Part shown: positions 16,207-25,444 of the stretch, piece after piece | How positions within the stretch are numbered: position 1 is the stretch's first letter | Layout: each line of letters begins with the position of its first letter | Assembly: GCF_001644705.1 (NCBI RefSeq) | Contig: NZ_CP015137.1 | Location: 4,140,001-4,172,000, forward strand | DNA length: 32,000 nt | Source: Dickeya solani IPO 2222 | GTDB lineage: Bacteria > Pseudomonadota > Gammaproteobacteria > Enterobacterales > Enterobacteriaceae | Direction: 5' to 3' | Position numbers and translations under genes: made by a program | Notes under the pieces: model-generated | Database searches by the model: none | What the model saw: only the letters and a program-made list of their open reading frames with translations | What the model was told of the DNA's origin: nothing

Positions 16207-18072
16207 ATGCAACAGGCTAAGGCCTATTTTGACGCCCTGAACCGCGATTATCTGGCGGTGCATCAAACCAAAGAAGATCTCTTCTGGCAGCGTTATATGG
16301 GAACCGGCGACGAGACCGTTTCCGCCCGTTTCACCGAAGCGGAGAGCGCCTGGAAGCGTTTTATTTCGCAAGCATCCCGGCTGGCTGAGCTACGACAGCA
16401 CATTGCGGCCGTCGACGCTGCTCCCGCTGGCGAAGCGCGTGACGCGCTGCTGCACGGCTTACGCGGCTGGTACCGCTTTTTTGACTGCAATGTGATTGAA
16501 GACCCGCAGGCACAGGCGCTGATGGATGAATTAATCGCCGCGGAGAACGATCTGTTTTCCCGCCGCAAAACCCATCAGCCTACCCACCTTAATGAGCAGG
16601 GCGAGCGGGTTTCCGCCTCGCTGGGCGAACTGCTGATCAATCAGGCCACCAATGACAACGAGGCATACCGCCGCAGTTCGCAGCAGGCGTTGCGCGATCT
16701 GGAGCAGTGGCTGGTCAATCACGGATTCCCGGCGCTGGTCAGCCTGCGTAATCGCTTTGCGCGCCAGATGGGCTATCGCAACTACTTTGATTACAAGGTG
16801 AACAAGACCGAACGCATGACGCCGGAACAGCTGTTCGCCATTCTGGACCGTTTTGAAGAACAAACGCGTGACGCCAACCTGCGCAGCCTACGTCAGCTGG
16901 CGGCGGAAAAAGGCGAGGCGGCGTTGCAGCCGTGGAATGTGCGCTACGCCAGCACCGGCGATGTCACCCGCCAGTTGGATCCTTATTTCCCGTTTTCCGC
17001 GTCGTTGTCCCGCTGGGTCGATAGCTTCAAGCGCCTGCATATCGGTTTTAGCGGCGCGCAGATGCAACTCGACCTGCTGGTGCGCAAAGGCAAATATGAA
17101 AACGGCTTCATGCACCAGCCGGTGCCGCCGTTTGTGGATCAAGGCCAGTGGTTGCCCGCGCGCATCAACTTCACCAGTCTGGCGCAGCCGGATCAGGTAG
17201 GCAGCGGCGCCAACGGCATCAACACGCTGTTCCATGAGGGCGGCCACGCGGCGCATTTCGCCAATATCCGCCAGAATGCGCCTTGTTTCGCCCAGGAGTT
17301 CCCGCCGACGTCGATGGCCTACGCTGAAACTCAATCGATGTTCTGCGACAGCTTGTTGCAGGACGCCGACTGGCTGAAACGTTATGCGCATAACGCGCAG
17401 GGCGAGCCGATCCCCGATGCGCTGATTCAGGCCGATATCCGCGCTCGTCAGCCAATGCGTGCCTTCAACGAACGCCATATTCTGCTGGTGCCGTATTTCG
17501 AATGGCAACTGTACTGCATGGATGACGAGGAACGCACCCCCGAGGCGATTTTGCAACTGGCGCGCGACACCGAACGGCGCATTATCGGCATCAACGGCAG
17601 CCCGCGTCCGACTATGGCGATTCCGCATCTGCTGTCGATGGAGTCGGCCTGTTCGTATCAGGGGTATCTGCTGGCGATGATGGCGGTAGAGCAAACGCGG
17701 CATTTCTTCCTACAACGCGATGGCTACCTGACCGATAACCCGGCGATCGGCCCGGATCTGGCGCGCCATTACTGGCAGCCCGGCAACAGCCTGACCCACG
17801 ATGAAACACTGCGCAGCCTGAGCGGCGAAGGGTTCAATCCGGATTATCTGGCCCGCGAATGCAACCTGACGGTGGATGAAGCCTGGCTGCAGGCGCAGGA
17901 GACCATCGCTGCCGCCGTGGCGCGCCCGCAACCGGCGGCGGATTTCGACCTCAACGCCCGTATCCAGGTGGTGGACGGCGACGAGGTGCTGGCGGACAAC
18001 CAGTACGGCGACGACGCCATGTGCCAGGCGTTCGCCCGCGTGATTGACGAGGTTTATCCGGCTCACGCCTGA
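16207..18072 (+). CDS. M3-family zinc metallopeptidase (cytoplasmic oligopeptidase-like)
   Basis: AAGGA lies 8 nt before the ATG. HEGGHAAH (HExxH, nt ~17234-17257) with a downstream AYAETQS third-ligand region, and DLLVRKGKYENGF resembling the M3 DLY.R.GK motif. No signal peptide. It starts 34 nt after ybiB. Confidence 0.8.
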   Translation: MQQAKAYFDALNRDYLAVHQTKEDLFWQRYMGTGDETVSARFTEAESAWKRFISQASRLAELRQHIAAVDAAPAGEARDALLHGLRGWYRFFDCNVIEDPQAQALMDELIAAENDLFSRRKTHQPTHLNEQGERVSASLGELLINQATNDNEAYRRSSQQALRDLEQWLVNHGFPALVSLRNRFARQMGYRNYFDYKVNKTERMTPEQLFAILDRFEEQTRDANLRSLRQLAAEKGEAALQPWNVRYASTGDVTRQLDPYFPFSASLSRWVDSFKRLHIGFSGAQMQLDLLVRKGKYENGFMHQPVPPFVDQGQWLPARINFTSLAQPDQVGSGANGINTLFHEGGHAAHFANIRQNAPCFAQEFPPTSMAYAETQSMFCDSLLQDADWLKRYAHNAQGEPIPDALIQADIRARQPMRAFNERHILLVPYFEWQLYCMDDEERTPEAILQLARDTERRIIGINGSPRPTMAIPHLLSMESACSYQGYLLAMMAVEQTRHFFLQRDGYLTDNPAIGPDLARHYWQPGNSLTHDETLRSLSGEGFNPDYLARECNLTVDEAWLQAQETIAAAVARPQPAADFDLNARIQVVDGDEVLADNQYGDDAMCQAFARVIDEVYPAHA

Positions 18073-18078
18073 GTTTTC

Positions 18079-18120
18079 CAGACGCTGTGGTGGAGCCATG
18101 GCGTCTGCTTTTCCTGTCTC
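18079..18120 (+). terminator. Terminator after the M3 peptidase gene
   Basis: CAGACGC (18079-18085) and GCGTCTG (18101-18107), followed by CTTTTCCTGTCTCGTGTTTTGTTTT. Confidence 0.55.
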
Positions 18121-18328
18121 GTGTTTTGTTTTCCCATCACCATTTTATATCGCTAAACCGGTACGGCTCTCTCGCGCCGGGGCCAGCCCGTGCCTATACT
18201 GGTCGGGCGATATCCGTAGTGAAAGTGCCTGTTATTAAAAAAGTTTCACCGAACTGTCATCAGCGCCGATTAGGCTGATGCGGTTTCCTATCCTTGACGA
18301 TAATCCGTGACAATAAAAAGGACATATC

Positions 18329-19615
18329 ATGCGCTACTCTTACGTGTTCATGGCGGTGGCTTGCGCACTGGCGACAGTACCGGTGCAGGCCGCTTCCCGC
18401 AGCGACTCTCAACTGCCGCAAGTCAGCTTGCTGCAAACCACCACCGAGGCCAGCAATAGCGCCCCGGTCATCGAAATGCAGCAGCAGGTGCAGCAATACC
18501 TGCAAAAAGCCTTGCAGGGAACCGCGCCGAAGCTGACCCGCGCGGTGCTGGATAAAGCGCCGGATCAGGGCGAACCACAGGGCGATATGAAATGGCTGAA
18601 GGCCACCGGTTACGTTTTCAACGCTAAAGATCAGCAGCAGGCCAGCGTGAAACTGCTGGAAGGGTTCAGAACCCTGCCGGCATCGGTGTTGCAGAAAAAC
18701 CTGGCGACGGTTGAGCGCATCAATCTGGAATCCACCCTGCTGCTGCGCCAGAAAGCGCTGATTGATGCCGAAAACACCCGCTATCTGTACGCGCTGGCGG
18801 AAGCGCTGGGGCCGAAGCTGGGCAAAGCGTTTCTCGATGTCTACCAGAAAGGCGAAATGGGTAAGGCCGCCGCGTTGATCAAAGCCACCAACGTCAGCAC
18901 GTCGGCGGCGAAAAACGCCTTTAACTACCCGCGACCGTTCAAACAGCCGGGCAACAACATCCACCTGGTGCCGGATACTGCCGTCGTGGCGGATAACGCC
19001 CGTTACACGGCGTCGGGCGGCTCGTTCCCCAGCGGTCATACCAACGGCGGGTATAACGACGCGCTGCTGCTGGCGCAGATGTTGCCGGAGCGTTTCGTGC
19101 CGCTGATCGATCGCGCCGCCACCTACGGCTATTCCCGTCTGGTGCTGGGGGTGCATTATCCGCTTGACGTGATCGGCGGGCGCATGGCGGCCGAGCGCAG
19201 CGTGGCGCATTACCTGAACGACCCGGCATACCGCGTGCTGTTCAACGACGCCAAAACCCAGTTGCGTGCCGCGTTGGAAAAAGCCTGCGGCACGACGCTG
19301 GCCGAGTGCGCCAAACCTCAGGGTAAAAACGACCCTTACACCGACCCGGCGATGACGTCGTTCTACCGCTACACCATGACCTACAACCTGCCGGTAGCGA
19401 AAGTGAAAGCCCAGTCGGTCAAGGTGCCGGAAGGCGCGGAAGTGCTGCTGGAAGGACCGGTGCCGCAGCTGAGCGCAGCCCAGCGCCGTGCGCTGATGGC
19501 AAAAACCGCCATTGCCGATGGTTATCCGCTCTCTTCCGGCGGGGTGGACGCCAACTTCTGGCAGCGCCTGAACCTGCATGACGCGGTGGCAGCGGCGAAG
19601 ACTGTAACCAAATAA
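18329..19615 (+). CDS. Exported long PAP2-superfamily enzyme (acid phosphatase / haloperoxidase fold), paralog 1
   Basis: Signal peptide ...TVPVQA. The three PAP2 motifs are KNAFNYPRP (18911-18937), PSGH (19028-19039) and SRLVLGVHYPLD (19133-19168). AAGGA RBS. Confidence 0.85.
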   Translation: MRYSYVFMAVACALATVPVQAASRSDSQLPQVSLLQTTTEASNSAPVIEMQQQVQQYLQKALQGTAPKLTRAVLDKAPDQGEPQGDMKWLKATGYVFNAKDQQQASVKLLEGFRTLPASVLQKNLATVERINLESTLLLRQKALIDAENTRYLYALAEALGPKLGKAFLDVYQKGEMGKAAALIKATNVSTSAAKNAFNYPRPFKQPGNNIHLVPDTAVVADNARYTASGGSFPSGHTNGGYNDALLLAQMLPERFVPLIDRAATYGYSRLVLGVHYPLDVIGGRMAAERSVAHYLNDPAYRVLFNDAKTQLRAALEKACGTTLAECAKPQGKNDPYTDPAMTSFYRYTMTYNLPVAKVKAQSVKVPEGAEVLLEGPVPQLSAAQRRALMAKTAIADGYPLSSGGVDANFWQRLNLHDAVAAAKTVTK

Positions 19616-19657
19616 GCGTTTTCATCATAAAAGACACACTTCCCCATCCGGCCTGAT

Positions 19658-19696
19658 CAGCAGCCAATGTCATCGCGACATTGGCTGCTGTTTTCG
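19658..19696 (+). terminator. Strong rho-independent terminator between the PAP2 paralogs
   Basis: CAGCAGCCAATGTC, loop atcgc, GACATTGGCTGCTG, then TTTTCG. Confidence 0.85.
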
Positions 19697-19917
19697 TGCA
19701 GTCCTCTATTTTCGCGTCTCTGCCATGCTCACGGCCGTATCGCTTCTGGACGCGGCGGGCTGGCCTTAAGGTCACATTTTGTATCGTTAAACCGCTGAGA
19801 GCTTCTCGCGCGGTAAAAGGTTCAATTCTACGCTGGGTGATAGCTGAACGAGGGTGGGGCCGAGGCGCTCACCGTAACCTGTGCCGTTTCCTGTGAGCAG
19901 AAAAATAAGGGGGTAGC

Positions 19918-21192
19918 ATGCGGTATTCTGTTGTTTTCATGGTAGTGACCTGTACGTTGGCGGTGTGGCAAGCGCAAGCCGCTGTTGATGGTGATGCGAT
20001 TGTGCAGCAAATGAGTTTGCTGCAAACCACGACTCAAGCCAGTAGCAGTAAGCCGGTGGTCGATATGCAGCAGCAGGTGCAGCGATATCTGCAAAAAGCG
20101 TTGCAGGGAAGCGCGCCGTTGCTAACCCGCTCGGTGATGAATAACGCGCCCTACCTGAGCGAACCCTGGGATGATGTGAAGTGGCTGAAAGCGACCAATT
20201 ACCGCTTTAATTCCCAAGATCAGCAGCAGGACATTATCCCGTTGCTGTCAGGATTCAACGCGCTGCCGGCAGATGTTTTGCAGGAGAATATAGCTACCGT
20301 GGAACGTATCAATCAGGACGCGTCACCCGCGTTGCAGCAAAAGGCGCTGATTGATGCGGAAAATACCCGTTATTTGTATGCGCTGGCGGAAGCGCTGGGG
20401 CCGAAGTTGGGCGAGGCGTTTCTGGATGCGTATCAGCACGGTGAGATAGGCAAGGCCGCGGTGTTGATCAAAGCGTCCAATGTCAGTACGTCAGCGGCGA
20501 AAAATGCGTTTAATTATCCGAGGCCATTCCGGCAATCGGGCAATCGTATCCATCTGGTGCCGGATACCGCGGTGGTGATGGATAACCAGCCTTATACGGC
20601 GTCCGATGGCGCATTCCCCAGCGGGCATACCAGTGGCGGGTATAACGCCGCGTTACTGATGGGGCAGATGCTGCCGGAACGCTTCGTGCCGCTGATTGAC
20701 CGCGCCGCCACCTACGGTTATTCCCGTCTGGTGTTGGGGGTGCATTATCCGATGGACGTGATCGGCGGTCGCATGGCGGCCGAGCGCAGCGTGGCGCATA
20801 TTCTGAACGACCCGGCATACCGCGTGCTGTTTAATGACGCCAAAACCCAGCTGCGCGCCGCGCTGGAAAAAGCCTGCGGTACGACGCTGGCCGAGTGCGC
20901 CAAACCGCAGGGCAAAAATGACCCCTACACCGACCCGGCGATGACGTCGTTTTATCGCTACACCATGACCTACCACCTGCCGGCGGCGATAGTAGAAGCT
21001 CTGCCGGTCAAGGTGCCGGAAGGGGCGGAGGTGCTGCTGGAAGGGCCATTGCCGCAGCTGAGCGCAGCCCAGCGCCGTGCGCTGATGGCAAAAACCGCGA
21101 TAGCCGACGGGTATCCGCTCTCCTCCGGCGACATGGACGCCAATTTCTGGCAGCGCCTGAACCTGCATGATGCGGTGGCCGCGGCGAAGTAA
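19918..21192 (+). CDS. Exported long PAP2-superfamily enzyme, paralog 2
   Basis: Signal peptide ...VWQAQA. It has the same three PAP2 motifs at the same residue numbers as paralog 1. AGGGGG RBS. Confidence 0.85.
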   Translation: MRYSVVFMVVTCTLAVWQAQAAVDGDAIVQQMSLLQTTTQASSSKPVVDMQQQVQRYLQKALQGSAPLLTRSVMNNAPYLSEPWDDVKWLKATNYRFNSQDQQQDIIPLLSGFNALPADVLQENIATVERINQDASPALQQKALIDAENTRYLYALAEALGPKLGEAFLDAYQHGEIGKAAVLIKASNVSTSAAKNAFNYPRPFRQSGNRIHLVPDTAVVMDNQPYTASDGAFPSGHTSGGYNAALLMGQMLPERFVPLIDRAATYGYSRLVLGVHYPMDVIGGRMAAERSVAHILNDPAYRVLFNDAKTQLRAALEKACGTTLAECAKPQGKNDPYTDPAMTSFYRYTMTYHLPAAIVEALPVKVPEGAEVLLEGPLPQLSAAQRRALMAKTAIADGYPLSSGDMDANFWQRLNLHDAVAAAK

Positions 21193-21217
21193 TAAATGCC
21201 GGCGTCTGCGAGATAAG

Positions 21218-21254
21218 CAAGAGGGCGTCACGGGAAGCCCTCTTGTTATTATTT
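21218..21254. terminator. Bidirectional terminator between PAP2 paralog 2 and the convergent 566-aa gene
   Basis: CAAGAGGGC (21218-21226) and GCCCTCTTG (21237-21245), followed by TTATTATTTCC. Confidence 0.65.
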
Positions 21255-21278
21255 CCTGACCGGCGATGGCGGGTTCGC

Positions 21279-22979
21279 TCAGCGTTTGATGCTGACGTTA
21301 TCGAAGCTGACTTTGCCGTTGCTGCCATTACGGGATGACAGCGCGAGCCCGATATACAGCGTATCGTTCATGTTGGGGTTGATGTGCTTGTTGAGCATGG
21401 TCCAGTTCAGACCGTCGTCGGAAACCTCTGAGATAAAGGTGTTGCCGTCGCGGGTTAACCGCAGCCAGGTGGGTTGGCTGCCGTTTTCGGATTTGGCGAA
21501 AACGCCTCTGCTGCCGGTAGCGGCGCCGTTTTTGCTGCGCCATTGCGACATCGCGCCGGATGATGCGGTATACCCCGTCAGCATATAGGCGCTGTTGTCG
21601 GAAAGGCTGTTGCGTATCATCAGACCGGCTTTGGCGTAAGGGTCGCTATAACGCAGGTCTATCAGCCGCGCCGTAATGCTGCCGTCGCCTTTCAGGGGCT
21701 GATAGACGAAGTTAACGGCGTCGGTGGCGCCCCACATATCGCCGCTGTGCGCTTCCAGTGCAATCACCTCCTGATCTTCGGTGGCGTTACCGGGCGTATT
21801 GGTTTTGCCGATGTCCTGCCGTTTCCAGGCGTCGCTGAGCGGAGACGCCGGCGGTGTCGTCACGTTAACCACGTTGGAGTAAACGGAATCGCCAGCCTGA
21901 TTGTAGGCTTTCACCCGGAAAGCGTAGGTGGTGTTGGGGTCCAGCGTGCCCACCTCCACCGAGGTGGCGCCCGGTCCCAGCGATTCGGCGCTGGTGTAAG
22001 CGCCACCGGCCTCATAGGCGCGCGGCGTGGTGTCATAAGCGCCATCGCCGAAGGTGCCGGCATAGGAGTATTCGACGATAAAGCCGCGCTCGTTATCCGA
22101 ACAGTCGTTCCAGTCCAGTTGCACCACCGAACTGGAGACCGCGCCGGCGGTCAGGCTGTCCGGCGAGGCTGGCGGCTTATCAGCGCCGGTGTAGGGGTCC
22201 AGCGATATTCCCGCGCGCAAGGTGTTGGCGTTGACGCGATGGCGCGTCGCGGCCAGCCGGTTGTTCACGTCGGTGAGCGTCAGCGGCGTGATGCTGAGAT
22301 CGTAATCCACCGGACCTTCACGCTGGGTGAGGGTGGCGGTGCCGTCCAGATAGAAAATTTCGTTGAGCCACAGGCTGGGCATGATTTCACCGTTACCGGC
22401 CGGCGATCCGACGGTAAAGGGAACCATCGGGTTACCGGTGCTGGTTTGGGTACCGGCGTTCCACACGGCGGAGCGGCCGGGCACGCCGTCAAGGCTATAA
22501 TCCGGTGCGTAGCGATCGGTCAACGCGACCTTTTTGATGACGCCCTGCGTAGTCGTAACCAGCGGCGCATTCTCCGCCAGCAAGGTGCCGCCACGGTTGA
22601 AATAGTTCAGTTCCCAGTGCATTAGAAAGTATCCCTGACCGGTCAGGGTCAGGTGCTCGCCGGCGTGCAACAGCAGGTATTTCCCTTCCTTTGAGCCTTT
22701 GATGGGTTCGACGTATTTATTCGTCTCGCCATCGTTGTCGCCGACCAGTGTGACGCCGGTCGCCGCTGGTCGCTGGTACAGGCCGTTGATCTTGGGATAG
22801 GACAGATCCTGATCGCCTTTATCGAATGTCGCATGATCGGCCGCCGCGACGGACCCGGCACAGCGTTGCGTGTCGGCGGCGGCGGTAGCGCCGTTGGCGA
22901 CTCCGTAGGCACCGAGCAGCAATCCGCCAAGAAGGGCGTTGAGTTGGCGTCGGGGGCGGCGAGAACGGATGGTTTTCAT
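21279..22979 (-). CDS. Exported three-module protein: unassigned N-terminal domain + fibronectin type III + ConA-like/LamG-type jelly-roll
   Basis: The N-terminal MKTIRSRRPRRQLNALLGGLLLGAYGVANGATAAA is a signal sequence. The FN3 pattern spans aa ~270-377 (VQLDWND, GFIVEY, TTYAFRVKAYN). The C-terminal module spans aa ~385-566 (GDMWG, GDGSITARL, AKAGLMIR, WLRLTRDGNTF, DNVSI). Confidence 0.8.
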   Translation of the reverse strand: MKTIRSRRPRRQLNALLGGLLLGAYGVANGATAAADTQRCAGSVAAADHATFDKGDQDLSYPKINGLYQRPAATGVTLVGDNDGETNKYVEPIKGSKEGKYLLLHAGEHLTLTGQGYFLMHWELNYFNRGGTLLAENAPLVTTTQGVIKKVALTDRYAPDYSLDGVPGRSAVWNAGTQTSTGNPMVPFTVGSPAGNGEIMPSLWLNEIFYLDGTATLTQREGPVDYDLSITPLTLTDVNNRLAATRHRVNANTLRAGISLDPYTGADKPPASPDSLTAGAVSSSVVQLDWNDCSDNERGFIVEYSYAGTFGDGAYDTTPRAYEAGGAYTSAESLGPGATSVEVGTLDPNTTYAFRVKAYNQAGDSVYSNVVNVTTPPASPLSDAWKRQDIGKTNTPGNATEDQEVIALEAHSGDMWGATDAVNFVYQPLKGDGSITARLIDLRYSDPYAKAGLMIRNSLSDNSAYMLTGYTASSGAMSQWRSKNGAATGSRGVFAKSENGSQPTWLRLTRDGNTFISEVSDDGLNWTMLNKHINPNMNDTLYIGLALSSRNGSNGKVSFDNVSIKR

Positions 22980-23236
22980 GTACAGATCCTGGTGAATTTA
23001 TAACGTATTGATTTTAAATGTAATATCGATAATGACTGGCGAGCGCTTCGAGCAGCGTATAGGAATCAGTAAAAAATGCCAAACCCATCGGATTTATTCT
23101 CGGAATGTTCGGATGCCGCGCGGTGATAACGGGAACAGGTGGTAAGGGAATAGGGTTGTTAAAGAAACAAGGTTATCGATCGGTTTGAGCGCCGGTACGT
23201 TGACGGCAGCCCCGGCAGGGCCGCCGCCACTCATTA

Positions 23237-23959
23237 TCAGGAAACGTGTTGCAGGAACTCGCGCAGACGATCGCTGGGCGGGTTCGAAATCAACGTATCC
23301 GGATGACCGTCTTCGGCAATACGGCCTTTATCGATGAAGATCAGGCGGGAGGCCACTTTCTGGGCAAAACCCACTTCGTGGGTCACGATGACCATGGTCA
23401 TGCCTTCATCGGCCAGATCTTTCATCACGTTGAGCACTTCGTGGCGCAGCTCCGGGTCCAGCGCCGAGGTCGGCTCGTCAAACAGCATTAGCTTAGGTTT
23501 GACCGCCAGCGCACGGGCGATCGCCACACGCTGTTGCTGGCCGCCGGACAGCTCGGACGGGTAGTGGTGCGCGCGTTCCGCCAGACCCACTTTGCCCAGC
23601 AACTCACGGGCCAGTTTCTCTGCGTCGGCCTTACTGGCGCCGCGTACCCGAATCGGGCCGAAGGCCACGTTTTCCAGTGCGGTCAGGTGCGGGAACAGGT
23701 AGAACTGCTGGAACACCATGCCCGCTTCCTGACGGATCAGGCGCTCGTCCACTTTCGGGTCGTTGACGGTCAGGCCGTCGACCACCAGTTCGCCGCTGCT
23801 GATTTCTTCCAGCTTGTTGATACAGCGCAGCAGGGTGGATTTTCCAGAGCCGGACGGCCCGATAATCACCACCACTTCACCCTGATTGATGTTCAGGTTG
23901 ATGTCGTGCAGTACCTGAGTCAGGCCGTAGTGTTTCGATACGTTTTTAAATTCAATCAT
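23237..23959 (-). CDS. glnQ: Glutamine ABC transporter ATP-binding protein
   Basis: [12 protein letters not shown]..., near-identical layout to E. coli GlnQ, with Walker [10 protein letters not shown] and signature LSGGQQQR. Confidence 0.96.
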   Translation of the reverse strand: MIEFKNVSKHYGLTQVLHDINLNINQGEVVVIIGPSGSGKSTLLRCINKLEEISSGELVVDGLTVNDPKVDERLIRQEAGMVFQQFYLFPHLTALENVAFGPIRVRGASKADAEKLARELLGKVGLAERAHHYPSELSGGQQQRVAIARALAVKPKLMLFDEPTSALDPELRHEVLNVMKDLADEGMTMVIVTHEVGFAQKVASRLIFIDKGRIAEDGHPDTLISNPPSDRLREFLQHVS

Positions 23960-24615
23960 ATAATCTTCAGTCTTCTTTCCAGCCAGCGCATTCCGATGGT
24001 AAGAATTAGCGTGATTACCAGATAAATAATCGCCGTGGCCGTCAGTATTTCCAACGCGCGGAAATTACCCGCAATGATCTCCTGTGCCTGACGCGTGAGC
24101 TCAGATACACCAATCACAATACACAATGACGTGTCTTTAATACTGATGATCCACTGGTTGCCCAGCGGCGGCAGCATACGACGTAGTGCCAGCGGCGTAA
24201 TGACATGACGCAATGTGGCGCGGTGCGATAACCCCAGCGCCAGACCGGCTTCGGTAAAGCCTTTATGGATAGACAGCACCGCGCCACGCGTAATCTCGGC
24301 GATGTAGGCGCCCGAGTTAATCATGATAGTGATCACGGCGGCGGTAACAGGATCGATACGAACCGATGTAAATACCATGGGGAGGGCGAAGTAGATGTAC
24401 ATTATCTGTATAACCATGGGGGTGCCACGGATGATTTCGATAAAGACCAACGCGGTGCGATTGGATAGCCACCCGCCATAGACGCGGGCGAACCCCGCAA
24501 CGACACCAATTACCAGGCCGCCCAATAACCCCAGCACGGAAATCAGCAGAGTCATTTGGGCCCCTTCCAGCAACTGAGGGATAGACGGCCAAATGACACT
24601 CCAGTCAAACTGCAT
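23956..24615 (-). CDS. glnP: Glutamine ABC transporter permease
   Basis: ATG 24615 (MQFDWS...) lies 7 nt after GGAG and matches the E. coli GlnP N-terminus. It has a 4-bp ATGA overlap with glnQ. Confidence 0.94.
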   Translation of the reverse strand: MQFDWSVIWPSIPQLLEGAQMTLLISVLGLLGGLVIGVVAGFARVYGGWLSNRTALVFIEIIRGTPMVIQIMYIYFALPMVFTSVRIDPVTAAVITIMINSGAYIAEITRGAVLSIHKGFTEAGLALGLSHRATLRHVITPLALRRMLPPLGNQWIISIKDTSLCIVIGVSELTRQAQEIIAGNFRALEILTATAIIYLVITLILTIGMRWLERRLKII

Positions 24616-24653
24616 GAACATTCTCCAGCAATAAATAACGCCACAAATAATGA

Positions 24654-24681
24654 GGCGTCGCGCGGTTTACCCGGCGACGCC
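24654..24681 (-). terminator. Intercistronic hairpin between glnH and glnP (partial terminator/attenuator)
   Basis: GGCGTCGC and GCGACGCC arms. On the minus strand they are followed by TCATTATTTGTGG. Confidence 0.4.
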
Positions 24682-24697
24682 GCAGCGGTTTAGTCTG

Positions 24698-25444
24698 TTA
24701 TTTCGGGTCGGTACCGAACCATTTTTTGTAGATGGCGGCGTAGGTGCCGTTGTCGCGCAGGGTTTTCAGCGCACCGTTCACCTTGTTGCGCAGCTCGTCG
24801 CTGCCTTTCGGGAAGGCGACGCCGTACTGCTGTGCCTTGATCGACTCGCCTACCGTCTTGAACTTGCCGTTGCCGGCGGTTTTGATGAAGTACAGGATGT
24901 TCGGCGTGTCATGCAGCACCGCGTCGGCACGGGTGGTGCCCAGTTCCAGATAGGCGTTGTCGATATTCGGGAACTGGCGCAGTTCCTTGGTTTTGATGTT
25001 GGCTTTGGCGTAGTCAACCGAACCGGTGCCGCTCTTCACCGCCACCACTTTACCGGCCAGATCCTGCTCGCCTTTGATGTCCTGATTGTCGGCGCGCACC
25101 ATCACCAGCAGGCCGCTGTTGTAGTAACCGTCAGAGAAATCGATTGCGCGTTTGCGCTCTTCGGTAATGGTGATGCCGGCCAACGCCAGATCCACGTTAC
25201 GGGTCTGCAGCGCCGGGATGATGCCGCTGAAATCCATCGGCTTCAGGGTATAGTTCAGGTTCAGTTGTTTGGCGATGGCATCCCACAGGTCGATATCAAA
25301 ACCGACGTATTTGTCGCCTTGCTTAAATTCAAACGGCACGAATGCGGTGTCGGTCGCCACGATCAGCGATTTCTCCGCTGCCTGACCGGACAGGCTGAAG
25401 GCCAGCGCAAGTGCGGCCAGTGAAGCTTTAAATAACGATTTCAT
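24698..25444 (-). CDS. glnH: Glutamine-binding periplasmic protein
   Basis: ATG 25444 ([22 protein letters not shown]...) lies after AGGAAGGA and is colinear with E. coli GlnH. The track start 25447 is a TTG one codon upstream. Confidence 0.95.
   Translation of the reverse strand: MKSLFKASLAALALAFSLSGQAAEKSLIVATDTAFVPFEFKQGDKYVGFDIDLWDAIAKQLNLNYTLKPMDFSGIIPALQTRNVDLALAGITITEERKRAIDFSDGYYNSGLLVMVRADNQDIKGEQDLAGKVVAVKSGTGSVDYAKANIKTKELRQFPNIDNAYLELGTTRADAVLHDTPNILYFIKTAGNGKFKTVGESIKAQQYGVAFPKGSDELRNKVNGALKTLRDNGTYAAIYKKWFGTDPK

Larger units (their letters stand above)
18141..21192 (+). repeat. Tandem segmental duplication: two copies of (upstream block + long PAP2 gene)
   Basis: The two 424/428-aa products align without indels. 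The upstream blocks 18141-18180 and 19774-19812 are also related. Confidence 0.85.

Noticed and set aside
18254-18271. Possible Pho box upstream of PAP2 paralog 1 (CTGTCAT at 18254-18260)
   Set aside because: Only one 7-bp half-site is present. The position 11 bp downstream (GCCGATT) does not match the second CTGTCAT repeat, and paralog 2 has no equivalent.
22980-23236. AT-rich 257-bp spacer between the 566-aa gene start and the glnQ 3' end, checked for small genes or mobile-element ends
   Set aside because: There is no ORF with an SD, and there are no inverted terminal repeats or att-like direct repeats. It is most simply the promoter region of the 566-aa gene plus a weak GC hairpin after glnQ.
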